From the NCBI GenBank assembly GCA_004022145.1, contig RCNU01000005.1: a DNA stretch of 64,000 bases. The stretch is one strand, 5' to 3'. Under the pieces are notes generated by a model, which was not told the origin of the DNA, made no database searches, and saw only the letters and a list, made by a program, of their open reading frames with translations. Origin of the DNA: Paecilomyces variotii. Its lineage: Eukaryota. How positions within the stretch are numbered: the stretch's first letter is position 1; the number at the start of each line of letters is the position of its first letter. A program made the position numbers and the translations under genes. Positions 37,859 through 49,485 of this stretch are shown piece by piece.

Positions 37859-39850
37859 ATGGGGAGGTTGAATTACTCTGCGGTTAGTACAGCATGGTTC
37901 TATCATGGTCTAGGTTCTGACTGCCATATTCAGAGAAAGATTGAAGGCTTGAAGGCGGGACAAGTCTTGTCAAAAGATCTGGTATGCTTCGAGTGTCTTG
38001 GTTTGGTTGATTGTCTATTCTGACGTTCTATTGCAGAAAAAACGGATCCCACCCGGAATCTTCTCCAAAGCTGCTGCGCGAGACCCGACTTTGGAGATCG
38101 ACATTGCTGATAAGCACTTGACGGACGAAGGATTCGACCTATTCATCGATGATCTGATAGAGTGCATCGAGTACAGAAACGACGAACATCTAGATGGGAT
38201 TGTCAGGCTGGCAGAGCTCCATCTACAAGGCAACTGTCTGACGGCCCAGTCTCTGAAGAAGCTCGCTCGAGTTATCTCCCTCAGTGCAGGAGACCTAAGA
38301 GAGCTCGACCTTTCCGATAATAAGATCGAGATCCAACAGCTGGAACATCGTATGACATGGCAGGAGTTTCTTGAATCCTTCCAGGGATGCTACGTCCTCA
38401 AGAAGCTCGACCTCAGTCGAAACCCTCTTGGACCTCGTGGGGCGGAGATCCTAGCCCGATCCTATATGCAAAGCGAGCTGGACTTTTTGGAGTCCGGTCT
38501 AGATGAAGTGGAAACGGCCGCATGTGAGAACGAGGACCTTAATGAGAGAGTGCACTCCTTGACGCTTGGTGCTGGGAAAGAGAACCAGACGCCTAGAAGT
38601 AGCTCCAAGAGGTTGTCCAGCAAGGGAGGGACCCCTTTGTCAGGTATGAAGCTATTCCTGAAGAGAAACCTGTACATGTGAAATTTAACTCTTTTTCAGG
38701 CAAACAGTCCCTTTCGTCAGTAGAGAAAATTCCAACTCAGGCTGATGCCAAGCACTATGCTTGTACCAGGGGACTTCGTTCGATTCCATATCTGATCTTA
38801 TCTGACATATGCATGACCAACGCCTCTGCTGTACACCTATCCACCATGCTAAGTATCCATCGTCCAGCGGAGCACCTTCTCAGCTATCTTCCTGGAGGAA
38901 AAGCTCTCGTCCTGCCTGATACGGCCACTCATTGCAAAGGGATCATATGGCTACCAAACAAAGACTTGGGCCCCCTCGGCCACAAGCTGCTAGATATGGC
39001 GGAACGATTCCGCGATATGGCGTCTGACATTGACTCGGACGAAGAATACGCGGAGGAGTACAACACGCCTTCGAAGATCACCGGTTACGATGAGCCTTTG
39101 GCGACCGATAGCCCGTCGTATGACGACGGCATCAGAAGACAGCGCCAAATGCGAAACAAGATGAGCATTGAATACTCGAGGCTCGCAAAGAGAGTGCGTA
39201 TCGAAGTGTTGCAGGCAGAAGGCGTCCACAGTGCAGATATATGGAGCGTTACTTTGAAGATGATGGTCATATGCCGGGCTCTACTTTTGGATGATAAGGA
39301 CCGTCATGCGGATGCATCAACAGGGGACGGACATCAACCTGAAAAGCAATCGGAGGAAAAGGGAGAAGGTACTCTCGAGATTAGAGAGCCAGCAGCTTCT
39401 GTTACTGCAGCAGACATCGTGCGAGGACGTTACACCTCGCACGGTAACGACTTTGCCTCAGAGTTCCCAGCACTTCCAACTTCCAAGCCAAACTCGACAG
39501 TTGAGACTCCGAAAAGGTCAAGAAATGACCGCCATTCGACGCCGCCTTCGCAGAACCAGACTACACATGCAAGCAGTCCCCACGTCCGTAACAGTCCCGC
39601 CGTGTCTTCTTCATCTGGGAAAGTCTCATGGCGCTTCGGCCTACCCATTGAGGTTTGGCGCATGATCATTTCTGAGGCTGTAGGCGCGAATGGAATCCTA
39701 GATAGAGAACAACAGCTTCGCGTTATGAGATATGCTTCCGATTGGAACGCGCTTGCCTACGAGTTAACCATCACAGGAGCTGCAGAGCACCAGCAAATCT
39801 GGAAGTTCATCGATACTGTCAATTGCTTCACATACAATCCGCTCTTCTGA
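37859..39850 (+). CDS. Leucine-rich-repeat protein (RNI-like repeats), function unknown
   Basis: LAELHLQGNCL, LRELDLSDNKI and LKKLDLSRNPLG. Short first exons MGRLNYSA|RKIEGLKAGQVLSKDL|KKRIP joined by GT-AG introns. Confidence 0.82.
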
Positions 39851-40127
39851 AGTATAAACAGGCAGGCAGAAGCTATGACTCATTAGCATTGCAGGCGATG
39901 GCAGGGGTAACGCGTCTAGAAATTTCTTTACCATTTCCTTTCCACTTTCGAGTTCTTCTCATTTCGATGCAGCAATTCCTTTTTGTATCCTCACATCACA
40001 CCACAAGCATTTCGGCGACCGGAGTCCCCTTCTTTTCAAAAGACATACCAAATTGATTTCGGAATTGCCTCTCATCAAAAGGAGTTCATCATTAATTCTG
40101 TTCTACTTCCTTGAAAAGAAAAAAAAA

Positions 40128-40143
40128 GGGGGGGGGGGGGGGG
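40128..40143 (+). repeat. G16 homopolymer preceded by an A-run
   Basis: Read directly from the sequence. Confidence 0.85.
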
Positions 40144-40346
40144 ATAATGCTGTCTCTTCTCTCTTTTTATCCGTCTCGGTCTTTCAGTCATGGATAATTG
40201 TACGCATAGGTATTTTACATTAGTAGTCAGAATTAAGCACATTTGGTAGTGAAATATTCAGCCAAAGCTTTCTTTAGACCTAGATAATATATCCCTGGGG
40301 GGGGCATGGTGGGACGGATGTTCTATAAGGCTCTTTGATAGAGACA

Positions 40347-41124
40347 TCATCCTCCATAATCATCGCGGACGCAAACTTGCTCCTCATCATCGTCACTAGA
40401 ATCAAACACCTCATCAGGAGCATCAGCAGCTCCACTAATCGCAGCAATTCGGTTCAGAGTCCACTGCATCTGTAGAAGATCAATGGACGGGAGGGGCTTG
40501 TCTTTCGGGTCATCGGTGGTCAATATTAGCTCGTCTCCAGAGAGGATTTTCTTTTCCGACAAACAGTCGAAAAGCTTTGCCTGGCGTGGACCCGAGTCTA
40601 AGGTCCCAGAGAGGTTAGGGCGTATTGTGATTCTAACTCGCTTGTTGTAATCCAGACACTTCAACCAGAAAAAGCGAACTCGTAGTGACTTTTTATCGTC
40701 TGCCAGGTGCAGAGGCTCAAGAGCAAATCGAGCCCGACCCCATAGCTTGTGTGTATTTGAACAGAGTGTTATCAAATTCTGACACACTTCCGTCTATTAA
40801 TCTCCGATGACTTGTCTCTGCTAGGCAATTATATGGTCTTCCGTTTAAAAGGATCTTAACGCCGCCCAGAAAACGAGAACCAGAGACAGGCCCAAACGGC
40901 ACTGTCTATAGTGCAGATACCACTTAGAGTCTCGAGATCCTTAAGGAGTCTCTCTCTCTCAAGGTCATCGAGCTCTCGTGCAATCTCAGTAAAACGATTT
41001 ATGGTTCTGATTGACTAAGTCGAGATATGTCTGACGAAAGCTTCTCACATATATACTTTTCCAAGGCTTCGGTATATTGTATTGAACTGCTTCCACTTGA
41101 GGATGCACTGATATCACCACTCAT
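40347..41124 (-). pseudogene. Decayed fungal HNH-endonuclease-like (HNH_2-type) gene
   Basis: The C-terminal part NLITLCSNTHKLWGRARFALEP...PLPSIDLLQMQWTLNRIAAISGAA plus an acidic tail resembles this family. Upstream are four in-frame stops (40845-47, 40821-23, 40797-99, 40794-96) and a frame break near 40872. Confidence 0.7.
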
Positions 41125-42557
41125 TGGTCTTTTCCACCCGGCAGCTGCCAGCGGGTTGGAAGGCTCTGTATAAAATGGGTCTTGTTGATACAAACATATA
41201 GATTTCCAGCGCCGCTTGTTCCCGGTGAAGTTGCTATAAAACGAGTATTTTGAAAGTACCCATTTGGATGCCCTTGAAGAGTCGGCTCTATCATCGAGCT
41301 CAAGTCTTAGGGGGGTTCTTGAGCACGTATGGCTCGTCTTGCAAATCACGTACCCAAAAGCTTGGGTTCGTCTATCACAAGCAGATATTTCCGAAATCAT
41401 CTCCGTTCCACTCTATATAGCGAGGAAGAGAAAAATCTAGAGGAAAAGTCCGAAAGGTCATAACAGGTTTAGTATATACTGGATTCTAAGGAAACTGGAT
41501 GGGTGATGGGTTAGAGAATGTAGAAAATATATAAGGTTCTATAAGGGATGACTATCCAGAGTACTTATCTAGCCTGTTTTACGCAACCAACAAGTTCTGG
41601 ATGACGAGTCCACTTTTGGATAAATATATACGCAGACGAGCAGATCTACTGAGAAGATGCACGGAAGAAAAACTCTGATGCGAGGAGGAACTTTCTATAT
41701 TGAAGGATGCATAGTATTCATGGGAATTCCCCACAGGATGTATTCATTGCGTACACTTTGTGTGATTTGAGCCACGGTGAAGGGGCACGAGAATATAGAA
41801 AGACCCCGCAGTTGATGCAGTGGAAGGCTCTTCCTTGAGGTAAAGGCTGATATTATTCTGGTGAAGATCAGTGGAACCACTGCTGTGATTGAATCTAGAG
41901 CCCGTCATTGTTTTATGCCGTCTGTATTCCCTCCCGAGAAGATGGCAACGAGCAGAAGGGCGGCCATATATATAGTTCCATCTCTTATTTCCACGACCGC
42001 CGGCAAGCTCCGACGGAGATTCCCTACGCACGTGATGTGACCCCAGATCCGCGTGGATTTAAATACCAACTGCAAAGAATAATGCGGTGATGAGAGACAT
42101 GTATTATCTGCGAGATAAAAGGTCAATCGGTCTCTTCAATTATTATCTCTTCGCCCTTCAACCCAATTGGTGATACATCAAAGAATCGTCCAGCAGCCGC
42201 CAAATCAACCTTGCTTGCTGAGATACCTAGATGAGAATCTCTACCTCCCTGCAAATAAATGATAGCGGTGGCTACGTTGGCAGTATCTGATGCGGAACCA
42301 ATCTTGATATTATTCCATTTGTGCTGTACGATAGCGATACGTCTCAAGTGAGAATTACCGGCGGATCGTCCGAATTTAAAGCTTTATCTAACTCGCGCTA
42401 TCTAATCTGCGGGGATATACTTGACAGCTAAGTAATACTTACTTATCACCCGACATTATCCGCCCACTCGCCACTCCACCTACAGGAAACTGCAGAGCAA
42501 CTTGTTTGATGGTCCCATTGGAATATAATCAGTTCGCGGCCTCATGCGCAGCCCATA

Positions 42558-45158
42558 ATGCTAGAACCAGCTGTTAAACAGCAACTCTACCATTCCAATT
42601 ACAGAAAAGGTTATTCTGACGATGTAGACGTGCTCCGCGATCTCGAGTACCCAAGTCTCAAAGGTGCGCCCTCATATAGAGCTTGTTTGATTTCACTATG
42701 GTGTTGACTATGTTGCTTCTTCCCGCCTACAGAGACAACATATTTGGACCATGCAGCTACCACACCATATGCAAAGTCTCTCATCGAGACCTTCTCGCGT
42801 GACTTAACCGGGAACCTGTTCGGAAATCCTCACTCCGCATCTTTGTCTTCGCAGCTCACTACTCGCCGCATCGAAGACATCCGCCTGCGTATGTTGCAGT
42901 TCTTCAATGCCGATCCTGAAGCGTTTGACCTTGTCTTCGTCGCAAATGCTACGGCGGGCATAAAACTCGTTGCTGATGCGCTACGTGATTTCGATGGATC
43001 CGGGTTTTGCTATGCGTATCATGTGGATTCACACACCAGTCTGGTAGGCGTGCGGGAGCTGGCAGAGAACGGCAAGAAATGTCTGCTGTCAGATGCAGAA
43101 GTAGACAGATGGATTGCAGATCTCGAACAGGACAGCCCTGATGAGAAGGCCTCGACGCGCCTATTTGCATACCCAGCACAGTCGAATATGACAGGAAGAC
43201 GTCTACCATTGAGATGGTGCAAAGAGATCCGAGAGGCTACCGACAGCGGAGGCCATCAGAGAACTTTCACCCTGCTCGATGTGGCCTCCCTTGTCTCTAC
43301 TTCCCCATTCGATCTAAGCGACGCTTCAGCTGCGCCTGACTTCACGGTTCTCAGCTTCTACAAGATCTTCGGCTTCCCTGACCTTGGAGCTCTGATCGTC
43401 CGCAAGGGCGCTGGCGATATCTTCCAGCGAAGGAGGTACTTTGGTGGCGGCACGGTAGATATGGTCGTCACGCATGGAGATCAATGGCACGCTAAAAAGG
43501 AGTCTTCCGTGCACGACAAATTGGAAGATGGTACACTTCCATTCCACAATATCATCGCCCTAGATTCAGCACTTCAGACGCATTACCGATTGTACGGCTC
43601 GATGGCTAACATATCCGCGCATACTGGCTTATTGGCGGATGAACTATTCAAGCAGCTATCCTCAAAGGTGCATTGGAATGGGAGGAAAGTATGCCATATA
43701 TTCACATCGTCTGCATCCGGGTGCCGAGACCCATTGAATTATGGCCCCATCATCACGTTTAATCTACAGGACAGTCAAGGTGGATGGGTCGGTAAATCGG
43801 AAGTCGAAAAGATGGCTGCCGTTAGAAATATCCAGATCAGATCCGGGACGCTGTGCAACCCAGGAGGGATGACTGCTCAGCTGGGACTATGCGACGACGA
43901 GATGAAACGCAATTTTGCTGCTGGTCAGCGATGCGGAGACGAGAACGATATCATTGATGGCAAGCCAACGGGCGCTTTGAGAGTCAGCCTCGGCGCAATG
44001 ACTAACATGCGAGATATTGAAGTGTTTCTTGCATTCATTGATGAGTTTTATGTTGAGAAAGCCCCAGAATTGGACATATTGCGCGTTCCTATGCAGGTAC
44101 CGGATCCGAATTTCTATGTGGAAAGTCTCTGCGTCTATCCGATAAAGAGTTGCGGCAGCTTCAAGGTAGCCAGTGGCCAACGCTGGGAGATCAGAAGGGA
44201 AGGGTTTGCTTGGGATAGAGAATGGTGTCTCATTCATCAGGGAACAGGCGTGGCCCTCAATCAGAAGCGATATCCCCGTATGGCTCTGATTCAGCCCTAT
44301 ATTGATTTGAATCGAGGAGTACTACGGATTACCCTCCCGGACCATTCTGGTTCTGATCCTCAAAGTCTCGAGGTCTCTCTGGCGAAAGAAGATCCAGACC
44401 TTGTTGCGGCCGAGATATGCCGGAGTTCCAAGAAAACATCTACAGTGTGCGGCGACTTGGTGACAGTCCAGGTCTACTCATCCCCGTCTGTGTCGGCTTT
44501 CTTCTCGGACTTCCTCAATGTACCATGTACACTTGCTCGGTTCCCACCGCAGACCTCTACACGTTACTCAAAACCTAGACGTCCGTTTGTTCGCAAGACC
44601 AAGCATACTGGCAATGACATGCCTGGTGCCTTTCCGGAACGGCCGATGTCTTCACCTGAACGGCAAAACCCGATTCTCTTGTCAAACGAAAGCCCGGTAC
44701 TCCTCATATCACGATCATCAGTGAACCGTTTGAATGAGACTATCAAAGCCAATTCCAAGAATGGTGGTAGGATCAGCAGAGCCGTTGCTGCGGATGTCTT
44801 CAGAGCCAACATCGTCGTTGCGGAGAACACATCCAATGGTTCCAGCCTCCCAAACATTGTTGAACAACCATACGCTGAGGATAGCTGGATGTCACTCTGC
44901 ATTGGTCCCGAGAGACTCCAGTTTGATGTTCTAGGACACTGCCAACGGTGTCAAATGGTCTGCATAGACCAGCTTACCGGTACCCGCAGCGAGGAACCTT
45001 TCTCTACCCTGGCGAAACACAGGAGGGTTGACGGGAAGGTGGTCTTTGGAAGACATATTTGTTTATCGGCTGACGAGAGGTCTGACGATAACTTCTCTGA
45101 ACCGAAGACTATCATGGTTGGTGATACCGTTATCCCGAGCTGGGATGGAAGGGTCTGA
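42558..45158 (+). CDS. hxB: Molybdenum cofactor sulfurase (NifS-like + MOSC)
   Basis: YLDHAATT, FGNPHS, PLP lysine motif SFYKIFGFPDLGAL, RSGTLCNPGG, YPIKSC, FRANIVV and CQRCQMVC. One 5' intron. Confidence 0.93.
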
Positions 45159-45480
45159 AGATCTATATAACAATATCTATTTACTTGCATGGCAAATGTA
45201 TGACCGGTTGGAGCTTGGTTTAGGGCTAATCCGTAGCCTCAGGATATCATTTATACATAGCATACTGCTGAAAGAAATATGGTATGAACCAATGCTTTCG
45301 TAAAGTAGATGTATTCTATTTGTACATTTGATGGGATCTCTCCCTTCTACAGCCCATTTGTTACCATTGCAAATAAAGACATAATTCGCCGTCCCGTTTG
45401 TACGAGTTGAAAGCCGGAAACGAAACACGAAACAGCTTCCCATGAACCCGGAAAATAGCACCGATGCTGACCCATCTCGT

Positions 45481-46192
45481 TTACCTTCTCGGCCACTTCT
45501 TCCATCCTCTTCCGTGTCCTCTCTGCAAAGAAACAACATTGATTAGTATGAGGTGTTCCGCAGCAAGATTACATAACTTTGGTTATGTGACAAGGGGAAG
45601 AGTATCTTACCTGCTTCCACGCGCGGATCAACTCCGGCATCTCCAGCATGGCCTTCTTCCTCTCCTCCAATCTCGTCTCCAGCGTACGCTCCCACTTGTG
45701 ACCCTTGACCTTCTGTCCGATACCGGTACCCTTGATTGCCAGACCGCGTTCAAGGCGTCTCGTGTCCTTGAACTCTGTCGACTTTCGTCCCGGGGGTAGC
45801 AGGGCCTCCACGTTGTATTTCTGGGCCAGTTTCACGAGATCAGCCTGCTGTCGTAGACCGATGCGAGCACCAATCCACTTGCCGGTGCGGAAGTTCTTTC
45901 GTGGCAGGAAGGGGTTCGGATAGTCTGGGTTCGAGTAGAGAAGGGCTTTGGCAGACGACCAAGCAGTCGGGTCTCGTGTCTGACCCTTGGCGTCCCGGTT
46001 CGGGGTGTATGGCGACGGAAGAGTCCCGTCCGGTGATGGCTCTGAAGACTCTGAGGTTCCTTCTGTAGCAGGGGGTGTTGGGCGAGGAGCGACCTGCGCG
46101 GAGTAGATTTGGGGAGGATAGCGGGCGAAGAAGTTGCGCAGTCGGAGAGGGAGCTTGCTCACCAGGCCCTCGGTGGCCTGGACGGCGGACAT
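45481..46192 (-). CDS. MRPL25: Mitochondrial large ribosomal subunit protein mL59 (MRPL25)
   Basis: LRNFFARYPP, PNPFLP, GLRQQADLVKLA, KVKGHKWER and MPELIRAWKQ|RGHGRGWKKWPRR*. One intron. Confidence 0.88.
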
Positions 46193-46546
46193 TATGGCTG
46201 CTTGAACGGCAGATGCCACCAATTGATTAGGAAGAAAGACAGCTGGCAGCACGATGGCGGGATGTCTGTTTATTGTTGGTTCTCTCCCTCCGCTGGCCTG
46301 TTGCGGTCGAGAAATTCGTGATGCTCCGAAGATGCATCGATTGCCCGGGCGGACGGCGCTAAACCCCATCTGGTTCGGTCGGCCATTCTCGGCTTCCGGG
46401 CGAAGAGAGAGTGAGTGTTCACTGCCATCTATCTCGAGTCAAGACATCGCGCTCTCTATCCTGTCAGTCAGTGTCTTGCGAGAATAAAATCTCTCATTTC
46501 CATCGGGTGCCTCCAAAGACCCTTGACTGCTGATATATCTAGCGCC

Positions 46547-48955
46547 ATGGCTGAATACAACTACGGCGGGACAGAGGAGGAGAATGCGGAGTTGAGGAAG
46601 ATCGAGACAGAACTGGTGAGACCATCCCTGGGTGTTGCATGAAGCTGTTCAGTCGTAGATCTATCTAACCCTCAGGGAACAAACAGGCTGAAGACCCGGA
46701 CAACTTCGACACGTGGGAGAAGCTCGTCCGCGCGGCGGAAGGCCTCGAGGGTGGTATTAACCGCAATTCCAACCCTCAGGCCATCACGACGGTCCGGAGT
46801 TTCTATGACAGATTTCTAGCCAAGTTTCCGCTGCTGTTTGGATACTGGAAGAAATATGCGGATCTGGAGTTCTCGATAGCTGGCACGGAAGCTGCAGAGA
46901 TGGTGCGCGCAATCCTGCCATGACTTTACCTCCCCCCCCAGTGACCGACTCTTGGCTGATGCGTTTTCATAGGTTTATGAGAGAGGCGTTGCTAGCATTT
47001 CGCCGTCCGTCGACCTCTGGACCAACTACTGCTCTTTCAAGGTCGAGACCAACCATGACTCCGATATCATTCGAGAGTAAGTATACAAGAAGTGGTTTTC
47101 CTTCCCTATAACCGTTAGCGATGCAGCGCGAACACCATTGGGTGGTCTCGAATACGCATGAAAGCAGGTGGTGATTTGGCGAGGTTCCTCGATGATGGGT
47201 GAGATCGGCGCCTACCACCCAGGTTCCCTGGAAATTACTTCTCACCCATGACTTCTCAGGCTGTTTCATTTCCTTGACCACATCTATCAAACCAAGACCA
47301 GCACACCAATCACTCTGTTCGGAGACTTCCATTCTGCGCACGATGAGGCTGACCTTCATCCCACTGAATCATTTGGGCCCATAACCACTGAGAAATTATA
47401 CTCATGTTTGCCATCCTTGCCATCTCCCTCGCTCTTTTCCCTCTGTGACTGTTAGAATCTAGATATGCTGACACGTGACCCTACAGATTATTCGAACGAG
47501 GAGCCAGTGCTGTGGGATTGGACTTCCTGGCGCATCCCTTCTGGGATAAGTACATCGAGTTTGAGGAACGTCTCGAGGCGACCGACAAGATCTTTGCAAT
47601 TCTCGGTCGCGTGATTCACATTCCCATGCACCAGTACGCTAGGTACTTCGAACGGTATCGCCAACTTGCACAGACACGCCCTGTGTCCGAGCTGGCACCC
47701 CCAGAGATCCTTGCCCAATTCAGAGCGGAAATCGAAGCAGGCTCGGCGCATCTCCCACCCGGAGCCAAGGCGGAGGCAGAGATTGAAAGAGATCTCAGGC
47801 TGCGCACCGACACATATCATCTTGAGATCTTCTCCAGAACCCAGACGGAGACGACCAAGCGTTGGACTTACGAGTCTGAGATCAAGCGGCCTTACTTCCA
47901 CGTCACAGAGCTGGATGAAGGTCAGCTCTCAAACTGGAGGAAGTACCTCGATTTCGAGGAAGCTGAGGGTTCCTACCCGAGAATCCAATTCCTGTATGAG
48001 AGATGTCTTGTTACCTGTGCTCACTATGAGGAGTTCTGGCTGCGTTACGCCCGGTGGATGTCTGCCCAAGAAGGAAAGGAAGAGGAAGTTCGCAATATCT
48101 ACCAGCGCGCGAGCTATTTCTATGTGCCGATTGCAAACCCCACGACCCGTCTGCACTATGCCTACTTTGAGGAGAAGTCTGGTCGCGTCGATGTCGCCAA
48201 GGATATCCACCATGCCATTCTTATCAATCTCCCTGGACATGTCGAGACTATTGTCTCTTTGGCTAATCTCTCGCGTCGTCATGGCGGACTCGACGCAGCG
48301 ATCGAGGTGTACAAATCTCAACTGGATTCGCCGCAGTGCGAACTAGCTACCAAAGCTTCCCTGGTTGCAGAGTGGTCACGACTCCTGTGGAAGATCAAGG
48401 GCTCGCCAGACGATGCACGCCAGGTGTTCCAGAAGAATGAGCAGTACTACCTTGACAGCCGTGCATTCTGGACCAGCTATCTCATGTTTGAGCTGGAGCA
48501 GCCGACCAGTGCTGAGACCGAGAATGTTCAATATGAACGAATCAAGCAAGTTATCGATGATATCAAGTTGAAGAGCACTCTTTCGGCAGACGTCGTCAAG
48601 GAACTTGTGCAGACCTACATGGTCTATCTTCTGGAGAGAGGCACAAAGGATGCCGCCAAGGAGTACATGACACTAGACCGTGAGATCCACGGTCCTACGT
48701 CTGTCCAGACCGCAATCAAGGGCAGGCCTACGGAGAAAGGTCCTCAGAACGGCAGCCAGGGAACGCCTGTCCCTGTCCCTGTTGCTGTCCCTGATCCAGC
48801 AGTTGCTGCGGCAGCCCAGGGAAGCCCTTACGCTGCCTACTATGGACAAACCCCGGTCAACGGCGCTGTAAGTATCCCTTAGTTCTCGAAAGATCCAGCG
48901 ATCTCCTGGTTCTGACCGCCTACAGGTGCCAACACCAGTTGCCCGTTACCCTTGA
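46547..48955 (+). CDS. PRP39: U1 snRNP HAT-repeat splicing factor Prp39
   Basis: FLAKFPLLFGYWKKYA, SVDLWTNYC, GLDFLAHPFWDKYIEFE, IKRPYFHV and LYERCLVTCAHYEEFWLRY. Five coding exons; intron 3 spans 47077-47486. Confidence 0.93.
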
Positions 48956-49485
48956 TTTCCCTTTCCTGTTTTGTCTCCGTTGCGAACCGTGTTCCCTTGC
49001 GTGTAGAACAGACGATTTCATACGAGTACCCTATTTCGGCGTGTTGACCGGTGGGTGGCGAGTTTCTTGTTGGTGAGCCGACAGCTTACGCTGCTTTTTG
49101 AACGGCATCACAATGCATCTACGGGATGCAGATCTACAGGGATTGGACAGTTCTTTGTATTCTATGGCTTTCATGCCTATCAGTTAGTTACCCTCTTCGT
49201 AATGAGTTCGGTTATGCTCCTTTTCTAGCAGCATGCAATCCCCGATGCTCCTCGTAGTGGTGACGGTAGTATTCCCGCTCTGACGGGATTACTCTAATAA
49301 CATGTCTTCCGCCGTAAGTATAGATGATCTAAGTAAACAGTATTAATTCATCATTATCAATCTGCGGAAATCCCACCGGTTTCATGCATCATGTGACTTC
49401 GCATATGGCACGTGTGGCGACCCGCATGAATGACCATCTCCGCCAGCTTCGAGCTCATCTCCGCCGACGCCTTTCATACTCACAA

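Noticed and set aside
41690-42350. Several short ORFs with hydrophobic stretches upstream of hxB
   Set aside because: No consistent frame, splice model or motif.
47666-48346. 226-aa alternative-frame ORF inside PRP39
   Set aside because: Low-complexity R/S/P composition typical of off-frame reading of a biased gene.
49268-49293. Hairpin AGTATTCCCG-CTCTGA-CGGGATTACT between PRP39 and PRP28
   Set aside because: Nine pairs with a mismatch is within chance expectation, and there are no tRNA or snRNA hallmarks.
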